A stretch of DNA of 62,230 bases, the filler included, from Choristocarpus tenellus KU-1152 (taxonomy: Eukaryota; Protista; Phaeophyceae): the NCBI GenBank assembly GCA_964200185.2. It is 7 parts of 7 records of this genome, joined end to end, with 100 filler letters (N's around TTAATTAATTAA, not from the genome) between each part and the next. Parts side by side here need not be neighbours in the genome. Positions count along the whole stretch, not along the records: positions 27,396 to 37,867 come from CAXNAD020002908.1; positions 37,968 to 41,611 come from CAXNAD020018774.1; 5 more parts are not named here. One strand, given 5' to 3'. This document shows, piece by piece, positions 28,571 to 40,057 of this stretch (positions are counted from its first letter, which is position 1; every line of letters begins with the position of its first letter). The notes beneath the pieces were generated by a model. The model was not told the DNA's origin, made no database searches, and saw only the letters and a program-made list of their open reading frames with translations. Both the position numbers and the translations under genes were made by a program.

Positions 28571-28790
28571 CAACTGTGAGGAGATGAAACAAACAAAACT
28601 GGAGCATGCATACTGTCGTGTGCTACACTGTCTTACCACACCACGACCGCGTATCTTTTCACCAAGATTGTCGGTCGGCATCATCTCCTTGTCTAAGGAA
28701 CCTTCCTTGCGCCCTGCCCTTCCTTCAACAAGAATAGGAAACATGTCCAATGCATGCTCCTCGAGACACACACGCACCGCGTACTCCATG

Positions 28791-28859
28791 GACTCAAATC
28801 TGTTAATGACTAAAATCTGTAAATGACTCAAATCTGTTAATGACTAAAATCTGTAAATG
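28791..28859. repeat. 17-bp minisatellite x4 (a 34-bp dimer x2)
   Basis: GACTCAAATCTGTTAAT GACTAAAATCTGTAAAT occurs twice in tandem. Confidence 0.9.
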
Positions 28860-29178
28860 TACTCCTTCAGTTGGAGGCCCCCCAATCCATACAATGTTCC
28901 CCGTATCATACTTGGTACTAACGATCCAGTCTGAGGGCGTCGCTAGCAAGGACTCAACCATCGATGTCAAAATGTGCAAGCACATATAAATTGCAGTTTA
29001 AGGTTGCAGTCACAGCAGAAGCAGAGACCCTCCTTGAAACCATCTTCAACAGAAGATGCACATCACAACAGAAAAGCCCTTGCCTCTCTCTCTCACCACC
29101 TTCATCTCCATGCCACATCATTTGCCCGGAGCATCTATATCACCATCAGTATCGCTGGTAGGGAACCAGCTCAAAGGT

Positions 29179-29242
29179 TAACACATTGACACCGAAGGAT
29201 AACACATTGACACCAAAGAATAACACATTGACACCGAAGGAT
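29179..29242. repeat. 21-bp tandem repeat x3
   Basis: TAACACATTGACACCGAAGGA units. Confidence 0.9.
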
Positions 29243-29435
29243 GGCAGATGTACTCAGAAACGGTTCCATCTTCTCCAAGATAGATAGAGTAGACCTTACC
29301 CCACAGCCCCACGAACCTCAGCAAAAGAGAGAGAGCAATACGAAGCCCCTGTCAAATGTAGATAAGGTTTATCCCCAAGTCCAGACTTACACAAGTTCCC
29401 CTTTCTGACCAGCCCAATACCTTACACAACATGGT

Positions 29436-29501
29436 ATTTTGAGTCCCAAATGGACGCAACTCTACCCTAACCCTAACCCTAACTCTAAGATACTTTGACT
29501 T
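29436..29501 (-). mobile_element. MITE family 1 terminal fragment carrying a 16-nt telomeric insertion
   Basis: CCCAAATGGACGCAACTCTACCC[TAACCCTAACCCTAAC]TCTAAGATACTTTG, versus the intact end CCCAAATGGACGCGGATCTACCCTCTAAGATACTTTG at ~41374-41410. Confidence 0.85.
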
Positions 29502-30095
29502 GAGTGAGATACTTCGTCTCATCATCCATCAGTACAAAATGTTCTGAATCAAAACCGGCTTGAGAAATTCCAATGCGGTCCAAACTAGTCAAAACAAACA
29601 AACAGTGTAGCCCACGAATTAAGGTACACATAGTTCCTACCCTCGAAACCAACACATTATTTCACACATCCACACAAAAAAGAATTACTAATCCAATCAA
29701 AAATTGCCCCTTGATTTCCGGTTTTGATTACTAATGGTACAAATAGCATCGTTGCACTTCTTGCAGTGGCTTATGGTGACTCATTCAGTCCATATCACGG
29801 GAATTTCTCAGTGCAGCCCTTACCCCATGGTGCAGTTATAACACGAGTAGATCTCTCTCTTGAGCATAGGGTGGAAAGAAGTCAGGGAAAATCTTAACTC
29901 CAATCTTGTCCAACATTTCACACAAGGACGAGAGAATATATCTCTTTTTTTTTTCTTCCCCCTTCCACACCGATTTGGTCTATCAAACCAACTGACTCAG
30001 ACAACATCCCTCTCTTCCTGAAGAGTGTATAAAAGCACGTTCTTCACCCACATCACCAAAGAATATGGTACGCAGCCTCCCCAAATAAACCCAGA

Positions 30096-30277
30096 GGCTC
30101 AAAGTATCTGGGGGAGGGGGAATGGCTGCTGTCCATTCAGGGCCCATTTTTCCATGTCACAATTTTGGCGTGTTTTGGTTGCATGTGTCAGATGGATAGT
30201 GTAAGTGCACTTTTCCTGGTCAGGGGCCAAAATGGACACCCTGGTGTAGATCCCCTCCCCCACAGCTACTTTGAGCC
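30096..30277 (-). mobile_element. MITE family 2, full ~180-bp copy
   Basis: TIRs GGCTCAAAGTA...TACTTTGAGCC. It is the reverse-complement homologue of 49656-49833 and shares the CAAAGTATCT end and GTCCATT subterminal motif with family 1. Confidence 0.85.
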
Positions 30278-30299
30278 AGATCAAAAAACCTTCACAGAA

Positions 30300-32280
30300 T
30301 CATCGCAACACTCCAAACCAGACACAAATGTAAGCAGCGACAACAGCCATGGGAGATATCCCCTGTCCTGTCCACAACACAAAACAAACCAACATTATAC
30401 AAATCTACCCCAGTTGACTCCTGGCACTCCTCACAAATGATAGATTACCCCTGTAAGAAATTTGGATCACGGCACAGCAGAAACACTTCTTACCATTCAA
30501 TGTCTTCGTTTTAACTTCTCCTTTGGAGAGCTGTGACAGGCCCCTGTGATGTATTGCTGTAATCTGCTTGTATTTCATGAACAAAGCTTTCCAAGCAATA
30601 TTTTTAGGATCACAGAAGTCCCACTACCACAACCCAGTGCCTGTAACTGCCCTTCAATCCCCATGCCCTCCCCCCGAATCTACCAGATACAACTGCATTC
30701 CATTCAACATTGCCACGTCGTCCTTTTTATTGGAGGGTCTCTGATACACCAAACAGCTACTAGCCCACATAAAGCTACAGAAAAACCCAAACACCCACTT
30801 CAGAATAATATGTTGAACCACACACAGCATATATGAATAGTCATATAACAGCTTGCACACAACTACCCTGGAGACAGGGGTTGACAATAATCACGAACTG
30901 AGATTGCGGATAAATTGGGATCGATTACATTAATTGTTTATCACTGATAGAACCATCAAGGGAGATCGACTCAAAACTTGTGAAGGATTGTTGAGTGCTG
31001 CAGCACAGAATTCTCACCAACAAAATGGTACTAGAATTCCTGCAGTGACAATATTCTCTTCCCTTCAAATCATTCCTATCAATCATTCCTATCAATCTCT
31101 GCACACCCACCTCAACACTCTACCAGCCCTCCACACCCACACCACACCCCACAGGATCCACACCTGTTCATCAAAACAATTGCTGAGGGAGGAAGAGGAC
31201 CTGATAACAACGTTGCATGCTCCACCACCACAAATATCTACCATCACTGAAACTGCAGACCCTGTGAGAATGGAGGGAACTAGCCTTCCTCTACTGCTAT
31301 CCATCTCTGCATACCCACCTGATCACTCGAACAGCTCTCCTCCATGCCCACAGAAATCAAAACTATATACAAAGGATCTCCAGGGACAAACGGTTTCTGA
31401 TGTGGCGTGGTGGGCATCCATCCAGAGATAGTAGCAACCAAGGGAGGGCAATCCCTCCAATCCACGCACCACCCCAGTAGTATTGATGGTGAGACTTTGT
31501 GCTACTGATACACAGTACTTCAGTCACCAATATCTCAAACCTCACCAATATCTCAACAATTACTTCCCGAGTCTCGAGTCCCCCCTGGGAAAGAAATGTC
31601 TACTAGAGTTGAGAGGTAGGTGTCCAGAGATGGGAACAAACGCTACAGCAACACCGGTGGTACAGTACTGGTGATAGACACTAGGTAGTGATAGACACTA
31701 GGTAGTGATAGACACTAGGTAGTGATAGACACTAGGTAGTGATAGACACTAGGTAGTGGTAGACACTATGTGGGGGTTGCACAAGCAATGTTATCAGGTC
31801 CTCAACACCCTTTGTATAAACCATGGAAGCCCACTCTTCCTCCAAAGAAGGGAAGGGCTCCATCTCTTAAGACATACAGTAGTCAGAGCACCTTCCATTC
31901 CTTCATCAAACTTGCTCCCTTCCAACATACACCAATCGCCTGATCACTCAATGCATACGCCTGTTATGCTAACTGAAACCCACCCAACACTACATCAGGT
32001 CACTCCCATTACCCGGGTCACCACTCGAGCAATCGGTTGTCTACTTATGGACAAGCTAAGTGGTTCAATCACAGCATCTCAAAGCAGACAGTTCAATAAG
32101 CATGTACACTGCAATGGTTACACCACTCAGGAAAGATGTACATCATCACAAACAAACAAAAACATGCACGTCACAAGTCAGAGGCAGCAAGCAACTCATA
32201 GACAACATATCTCAACAACCTTGACAAAAGTGTGCCCATACCTGAGAGCAGGCCCTCTCAACCAGGTTCATAGTTGAGGG
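30300..32280 (+). mobile_element. Highly decayed non-LTR (LINE-like) RT remnant
   Basis: LPFNVFV followed by APVMYCCNLL (~30490-30570) echoes the LFNxF ... YADD spacing. C/A-rich strand, many stops. Confidence 0.3.
31671..31767. repeat. 17-bp minisatellite, ~5.7 copies
   Basis: GTGATAGACACTAGGTA units. Confidence 0.95.
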
Positions 32281-33484
32281 CGTCTATTCCTGCCCCCCCA
32301 AAACAAGCACTGTCGTAGTGCCTACACTTTAAATATCTTCCCATGACTGATGCAATCCGTCCTTGAGCACGGTTCACTGAGTACATTCCTTTATCCACTT
32401 TGAAAGTCCGAAATCGATCCCCTTAGCCGACCCACCAAGAGTCAACCATCAATATGACAAGAAGAAAAAAAAAATGAGAAAAAAACAAAAAAAACATACA
32501 ACTCTTTGGATCACCTACAACTGAACCACACAAAACACTTCAACCATCGCCCCGCCCCTCCCATCCTGCCTTGACCTGCATCAATATTCATCCCCTGCCC
32601 TCACCACTCAAACTACTCCCCTTTGCGGAGGGAGACTGTTACACATCCCAGAGGATTAGTACACTGCAGGCAACCAAGCAATGCCGCACTGCACTGACAA
32701 GTGCGAAACTGCTTGGATGACTGGAACATGCCAATTCAGTAGAACGACCTGATACAGACCCCCATAAACAAACCCTAACCCTAACCACAACCGCCAGCTA
32801 TAATCACAGCTAACGGGCAGGGAGGTTGCAGCTCAAACCTTAGTAACGTTGGCTACGAAAGTCTCTTTTTGTTTTTTTATCACAACAATCCAATGAAGTC
32901 GTCTCATTAAATAAATAAAAATTAAAAAGTATATAGAGATTGTGATGAAAACCCTTCAGTCGTCACAGCACTCTCTCGTAACTGCTGTGCAGGCTGCACG
33001 ATTTGCAGTCAAATCATCTCTCATGGCACTCAACACCTTCTTCCTTCCTCCTTCTTGCCTCCGCCTCATGGCACTAGGTGCACCCTTACAATTCAACCGC
33101 GTGTGTATCAACACATTTCAATACGTTTAATATGATATCATATGATATCAACACATTTCAATATGTTTAATATGATAACCCACCCGCGAGTTATTTTGAT
33201 TAAGTCACTGTTATTAGTCCATAATTATTGACAGGATGTTTTCTTACATCAGATCATCATTGCGATCAACATCCCCTCCCTCCCTTTCTCCTCATCTGAC
33301 GACAAAGCTCAAGATCAAGCTATTTATGCTATCTTCCTCACGTACCCCTAAAAAACCTGACCCCCATTGATAAGACTTTTCACCTTTCCATACAGCATGG
33401 AGTGAACAACCTTGAAAGCCAACAATTGACTTCTCCTTCCTCCTCGTTCGTCCCTCAAGAAAGCATCTGCCTAATCATTCTGTA

Positions 33485-33598
33485 GTACAATCTAGTTCAA
33501 CGCAGTATCTGCCTAACCCTAACCCTAGGTACAATCTAGTTCAACACAGTATCTGCCTAACCCTAACCCTAACCCTAAGTACAATCTAGTTCAACACA
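33485..33598. repeat. Tandem repeat whose units end in variable-length CCCTAA tracts
   Basis: GTACAATCTAGTTCAAC(G/A)CAGTATCTG followed by ~3 and then ~4 CCCTAA units, then a third partial unit. Confidence 0.9.
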
Positions 33599-33706
33599 CT
33601 GAACGCCTTCGCATTAGCATTCAAAACTCTGGACGGAGATGTTACAAGCCTGATCGGACTCAACACATTCCAAATGGACATTCCAAATGGACATCCATGT
33701 TCCACA

Positions 33707-33898
33707 GCTTGTCCACGTAGTGTAGGTGGCAGTCTTCCCTTACTCGTTCACAGGAATGCCAGGGTTCAAACCTTGGTCAAGGCCAGATTTTCCTTGCAAA
33801 AAAATTGTTTTGATGGACCATGTGGCAAGCGCATTGGGCAGTTGCACCTGTAACATAGTACCCTACAGTAAACTAAACTAAACTAAACTAAACTAAAC
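33707..33898 (+). mobile_element. tRNA-derived SINE with (TAAAC)6 tail
   Basis: A-box-like TAGTGTAGGTGG (33718-33729), B-box GGTTCAAACC (33763-33772), ~85 nt of non-tRNA body, and a pentanucleotide tail at 33869-33898. Confidence 0.7.
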
Positions 33899-34391
33899 CA
33901 GCATCTTGAGTAGGGTTTCGGTTAGTCAACAGTATGATCAGGTTACACTTCAGATTCCATATGTCATCTGAAGTATGTCATTGGCAAACAGACCCCGTAA
34001 GAAATGTCTACAACAAAGGCAATGAGCAGAGAGTGGCACAGAGCAAGTTCTTAATGTCACGGAGCTACACAGAACCACATTAGGGTGTAGCACATCAATA
34101 AAGGCTTTCCGTACTAAAAAATGGAACAAATACCTGACTACACAGTCTCCCCCTGAAAGGGGTGAGGTCCTCAAGTGGAACTATCCAAGGTACAACCGAC
34201 TCTAAAGCCCTAATCATCGCACGTCTCCAACAGTGCACATAAAACTATGTCATAAAACTATGACACTCTCTCTCTCTACCTCCCTCTTCATCCCCACACA
34301 TCTACAAAAAGTCTACAGAACAGGCAAAAAGTTGCAACAAGCACAAATACACCCCCCACAAATCGTAACGCATTCAACTACACGCTCCAGA

Positions 34392-34467
34392 TTATTACTA
34401 TTATTATTATTATTATTATTACTATTATTATTATTATTATTACTATTATTATTATTATTATTATTAC

Positions 34468-34499
<32 letters not shown>

Positions 34500-34507
34500 G
34501 ATTATTC
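34392..34507. repeat. (TTA/CTA)n microsatellite
   Basis: More than 35 trinucleotide units; it explains the poly-Leu ORF. Confidence 0.97.
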
Positions 34508-34701
34508 ACAAGCACTGTACTCCAGGACAATACATACGATTAGGGCACGCACGCTGCACCATACTCTTAATTCATCTACACTATATATTCAACCAGCTAC
34601 AGCAATGGTTGAACCAAGTGACACACCACAGCCTATTAAAGTACCCATTACTCAAATCACTGTTTCATTGTCCCCGCCAAGCCTTGCCCTCCTAATCTCA
34701 C

Positions 34702-37103
34702 CATCTGGAGGGGGCGCAAAGATGTTCCACTGCGGTCGAATCATGACAGAATCGGCTTTACCATCCTTTACCGCCCTAGCCAAAGCATGGACAGGGTCAT
34801 CGACCTGATTGCACCGGAGCGACTGTCCCACTGCCTGACTCCATGCCTTTTTTCCAACCAACATAGTACACACAAAACATGTGGTAAGGGAAAATTATAC
34901 AAGAGTTTAGATCTTTTCAGGCTAGGGTCTGATCTGATTCCTGACATGGAAGGAAGGAAGGAAGGAAGGAAGGAAGGGTGGTGGTGGGGGGGGGGGGGGA
35001 GGGGAGATTTGAACAATTTGTGAAGGGATGAGATGGGTAGAGGTGAAAGGAAGACCAATGAAGGAACACTGGGACGGGTGGGTAGTCCACCTGATTAGTT
35101 GCATTGAGAGTCGGACTTGACAACACACAAAGAAAGGAATTATCTCGAAAGCAGTAAGTGCATCGCTAAAATACTGCTAGTCTAGATTAGATCAAATCCA
35201 TCCCGTCTTGAAAAAGACCTAGAGCTACTTGATATTAAAAAAAAAGTCATAAGTAGGCAGGCCTCAGAGGATCAACTCCACTCAACGTTGTGTTAGACCT
35301 GAATCTCAAAACCCCCAAAAGTCCCATCAGACAAAAAAAAAACGCCATCCTTCATTGCAAGATGCATGATTCGCTCTCTCCATCCTTGCCAATTCTAATC
35401 AACGTTGTAATAGTCAAAACGCACCTTGGAGAAGCTACCACTGTAAGCAAGGAGGCAGCACAAAAGCTCATGGGCCCAACAGGCATTGTCTGCAGGCGTG
35501 GGATCAAATACATCGTGGTTTGTCCGGTTCACATAGAAACCCTCAGGCGTGCACGTTACATGGATTAACGCCTTGTCCAAGGTGAAAACCTTATTATTTT
35601 TCAGATGGGTTTGGCAGGGAGGGCAGGGGGGAGCATTGGCAAGAGGTGAAATAGACTGATTGAGAGTCACCGAGACTACTAATATAGCTAAGATCAAGTA
35701 ACAGAGGCCGTTGTACACAAGGCGATCTTACACAACAGGATACCATTTTTTTTTTGTCAAATTGAGCCAATGGGATTCTAGTCTCAAGATACAAGATACC
35801 TTCCGCACGCCCCAAATCTTGAGATCGACCTTGCACCAACACAAGAGGCATGGGAGCACAATTTTTAGACTGTTAAAGGCCAAAAATGTACTTCAGAGAT
35901 GGGAAGAGAGTCAAAGTATCATTTCACACACAAGGTGAATGCGAGGAGTACTCCACAAGTGGCGTCTCAGCCCTAACAAAAATCCTGACACACTTGACCA
36001 TATTATCAACTTCTACACACACAACTTGACCTACCTCAGAAGGAAACTGCATCATGTGTCACAAATCTAATCTCAGCCTCACCTCAAGATATAAAAGGTC
36101 TCCCACCATACTGCGCTGAGGAGGCGGAGGGTTCCATGAAGAAATCGCCACCCCCTTCAGACACGCCACCGGAGGTAACGAGTCAACACCCGCAACACCA
36201 CCTGTCACATCCCCCCCAACCCCGGTGCCCACATCCAAACCTCCCCCTCGCCCGACCATCATGCCAGCCCCTTTGGCAGGAGCGGCAACTAGTTCTGTGG
36301 ACAGACCAAGTCCCACTTCATAGAAGGATGACAGGCCCTAAGAGTTCAACAAAATTTTGGTAGAGTATGGGAGGGGCGGCGGGGGGATATCATCGGTATA
36401 TCAGGGATAAGAGAGAGCAATTAGTAACGGTCAAGGAATTGCTGCAAGATTCTTGAAGTTGGGGGTCAACAAAGACAAAATAAAAATTTTATTATCTCCA
36501 CTGGAGGGGTGGAGAGAGGGGGGGGGGAGGGGTGGGGGGAGGAGGTTGAAAGGAAAAGAGAAAAATGAGAGAAATAAAAAATTATGTGTGGAAGTAAGGG
36601 GAGGAAGGCCACCTTGTTCGAGTGGATAAAGCAGAAGAGAGAGCTCCAACACAGGCAATGTCAACAGCAACACTGGCCAAGAAGTCCTCTCATCCCCACT
36701 GGCAACTCTTAACCATGGCCCACTCACTCATCTAGATCTCTCACACAGCTTGCAAGAGAGGAAGGCCACCGTAAAAAGGGTAGCGAAAACAAAGCTATAT
36801 ATACTCACCCCTGAGGCAACAGGTATGGGGCAGTCCTTCAAGCGATTCCTTGTCTCACGAACCCTCTCCATCCTCAGAGTCCTAGTCTTGGCCTCAGCTT
36901 CCGCCAACTCAGACTCCCTGGCCTTCTCCTCCTTCACCGACCCACTAGATGCTTCTTCCGTCTTGTTTCCTACAGCGACTTTCGGTTCCAAACCTGCTTC
37001 ACTTACAGCATCAGTCTTTGTGGCAGTGGTCAAGGTAGAGCTTGGCAAGGAGGCATCTGTTGCTGCTTTCTTCTCTCCTTGGGCAGTGCTTGGTGTCTTC
37101 CCT
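34702..37103 (-). CDS. CLU1: Clustered mitochondria protein (CLU/clueless/CLUH), internal exons ~37103-36809, 36337-36083, 35589-35425, 34846-34702; both ends outside the contig
   Basis: LSSFY ... CLKGVAISSWNPPPPQRSMVGDLLYLE|VFTLDKALIHVTCTPEGFYVNRTNHDVFDPTP...HELL is the conserved CLU block (SxWNPPPxxRxxxGDLxYLxVxTxE...GFYVN). Confidence 0.9.
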
Positions 37104-37867
37104 ACTAATATAATAGGGCCACCCACAGCAGGGTGGGAAGGGGAAGGAAGGGGGAGGGACAGCAACAGTCATCCACAGAGTAGTGCATGGTACAGCGGGC
37201 GATAAAGGAGAAGGGGGGCTGTACAAGAGATGCCATCCACGACCTGCTATTCCGAATGCCTCCATTTATCAAGTACACTCTCCTAGACCTGTTCACCCCA
37301 TGTACTGCAGGACAAGAGCACTTGTGTTGTATGCTGGCCCCTTGGATAATTTTGTTCTGCCTGAAGATATACATCCCCATGAATAGACAAGGTACACGAT
37401 CAAACGATGCAAACTACTGAAATCACTTCAAAGATCTTGGCGGCATCAAAATATTCACCACACCAAATGTTATCCATGTTAAGCTCAGCCCACTTGCATC
37501 AAATATGTTCAAGCAATGCACCCTATTGCCCAGCCTACACAAAACGGAGTTGCATGCTACACTCCTTGGCATTGATATAGTCGGTCTCTGCAGGGGTGGG
37601 TACCAGTGCAAGCCTTGCTCAATGTGTGTGCCTACAATTTTCATGACCTGGCAACACACTAACCAACATCCAACCCCAAGAAAAGCTTAAGTGGATGGGG
37701 GGTCAACTCTAGTCATAGACCTTGCATCAAGTAGTCTTCCGCAAAGGGAAGGGAGTTGGTGAGAGGACAGGACCCTGGGGCAAAGGGAGGTAGCAGGGGG
37801 GAGTAAACTAAGGGTAGGGGGGAAGCAGCATATCCAAAACTGTCAACGCACTTGCTGCTGGTGTCTG

Positions 37868-37967
37868 NNNNNNNNNNNNNNNNNNNNNNNNNNNNNNNNN
37901 NNNNNNNNNNNTTAATTAATTAANNNNNNNNNNNNNNNNNNNNNNNNNNNNNNNNNNNNNNNNNNNN
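37868..37967. other. Artificial contig linker
   Basis: N44-TTAATTAATTAA-N44. Confidence 0.99.
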
Positions 37968-38870
37968 ATGATTCCTCTTCCTTCGTAGTCTATGTATCAT
38001 ATACAATGCATTCGATTCAGGTTTCAACACAGAACACCGTAGTACATACAACTCATAAGACAGTTCCTACCCATCACACAAACAGGCATAATATGTGTCG
38101 CTTGAGTTACACCAGACATTGACTCAAGTTTGTTGTGTCGTTTCTTTTTTTGTTGTTTTTCCCTTCCTTTCTTCTTATCCGCAGGAGACTCTAGTTGTAT
38201 GTCAATTGTTGAATATTACTTTTCTTGGTTGGCATTTCCCCCTCATAAGACACCAAGGTCACTCTGCTCTAAGTGTACCAGATGCACACCTCAATGCCAT
38301 ATATTCAGAGTCAAAACATCCACAGAACCCCTTGCCCACCAAAGTAACAAGCCTCTTCTTCGAGCATGCATTTCTTCCTTTTGAGTGTACCAAGGAGAAT
38401 CTCGACTCGACATAATGCATCTTCTGACTGAGCAAGTCATCACTTCAGTGTCAACAGAGCAAACTCACCAGTGCTTTGCGGCACTATGATACCTTTTCGC
38501 ATCACAAACTACCTATTGCACACAAAAGCATGCGTCATTCGATTCAGGTTTCAACAGTCTTTGCCCCCACTTAGACCTCGAGTTCACTCTTCACAACAGG
38601 ATGACATATATTCAGAGTTTAACAACATCATCGGAAACCCTTCTTCACAAGGTGCCAAGTCTCTACCTGGAGCATGTACTTCTTCCTTTGAGCGTCTCAA
38701 GGAATACTCACAATATCTTACCAAAAAACCTCTGACTATGCATGTCATGCCACTAAGTTCATCAGCATGAATTCACCATTTGGTGCTTCATTGCACTATG
38801 ATGGCCCTTCACCACAATCGACCTGCCACCATACAAGAGCATGATTAATTCAATCCCAAGTTTCAACAGG
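37968..38870. repeat. Diverged ~309-bp direct repeat (two copies plus a partial third)
   Basis: Shared anchors ATATTCAGAGT (~38301, ~38609), GAGCATG..TTCTTCCTTT, GCACTATGAT and ATTCGATTCAGGTTTCAACA (~38010, ~38537, diverged at ~38848). Confidence 0.75.
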
Positions 38871-39951
38871 TTATGAGCCTCACACGATCTCCCTTTGCAA
38901 ACTCGATCACGATATAGAAAAATGTCCCCAATATGTGGACTTTCAATCTATGACCACCTCAATACATAACCTGCTACGATGTGAACCTTTTTTCCGAATG
39001 CTTTCGGTTACTTACTATCATAATTCATATATTATTCTGCATAGTTCATAGTGTTACGGGCGATATGTCTTGATGACGGTTTCATAAACACCATTATGAC
39101 CTTGAAGTTCTAGATTTGATACATTCGTACTTCTTTATTATTTATTTATTATTTGGTCATTATGGTCCCCGATTGTGATAAGACATTGTAGACCAGTTCC
39201 TTTTTGTACGTTGATATTGATGAGAATCCAAGCGAGAAATCCAGCATACTTGACGACTTGTGCATCAGGAGTCCCATACATGCATCAGTATCATCCATAG
39301 GCCTGTAAATGGGAGCAATACATCATGTGGAGGTAAGCTTCTGGGGCACGTTGTAACATGGAGGTCCTACCGCCTCTCTTCAAACTGGAGAGAGTACTCA
39401 GTATTTACCTCAGCACTTAGGATTCTTTGTAGCTCCCTGCGATAGCCTGGATTTTTTTTTCACCTGGTTCGGTGGTCTCCTTCGATGGTTCTGGATCACC
39501 TTTGTTGTCTACGGGACTTCCTTCTGCTTGGCCTCGTCGTCTCCGCGGGTGTGATGGCATCTGTGGCTCCGAGGGAACCATCATCCTTCTATAGTTGTTC
39601 AACGAGTGGTCTCTGACCGCCACATCATCCACCTATAGTCGTAAATGAGTGGTTTCTGACCGCCATAGTATAGACGTTGCCTAGGTAGTTCTTCCTCGCC
39701 ATTCGTACTCTCACATCTTCGATCTGTTTTGCGTGTGTCACAATGTTCTTTTTTTTCAAAGGTTTCGCTGGGAATCAGTAATTCGGAGAGGTTCCAGCCC
39801 AGGGCCAGACTTTGCGAGAATTCCTATAGCAGTCGTGACGGCTCAACGCGTTTATGCATAGCATCCACGCATCAATAACTTAACCCCTTTCCACATTCTC
39901 ACAAGAAACGAGGAAATATGTCGATCATGGTTGGAATCCACGGATTTAGTT

Positions 39952-40057
39952 GGAACTGGAGTCCCTACGTTGGAAACAACTGGCAGAGTCGGAACAGAGT
40001 CGGAACTGGAGTCCCTATATTGGAAACACCTGACAGAGTCGGAACTGGAGTCCCTAT
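39952..40057. repeat. ~37-bp tandem repeat x2.5
   Basis: GGAACTGGAGTCCCTA occurs three times, separated by TTGGAAACA.CTG.CAGAGTC. Confidence 0.9.

Noticed and set aside
28090-29160. DIRS/Ngaro-like RT remnant (VPLGWLQS...HLTK; YSFSWRPP)
   Set aside because: There are only two weak motif echoes and no YxDD or recombinase motif is recoverable, which is too little to call.
31671-31767. Possible CRISPR or iteron array
   Set aside because: The 17-mers are directly abutting with no spacers, so this is an ordinary minisatellite.
33707-33783. Functional tRNA gene
   Set aside because: A and B boxes are present, but the acceptor and anticodon stems do not pair properly and a repeat tail follows, which fits a SINE.
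34233-34808. 191-aa poly-Leu ORF (likewise poly-Pro/Gly ORFs at 41904-42225 and LTLTLT/RVRVRV ORFs at 28002-28831)
   Set aside because: These are translations of microsatellites, homopolymers and telomere tracts.
39417-39632. Possible first exon MMVPSEPQMPSHPRRRRG... on the minus strand
   Set aside because: No convincing downstream exons or recognisable domain on this contig.
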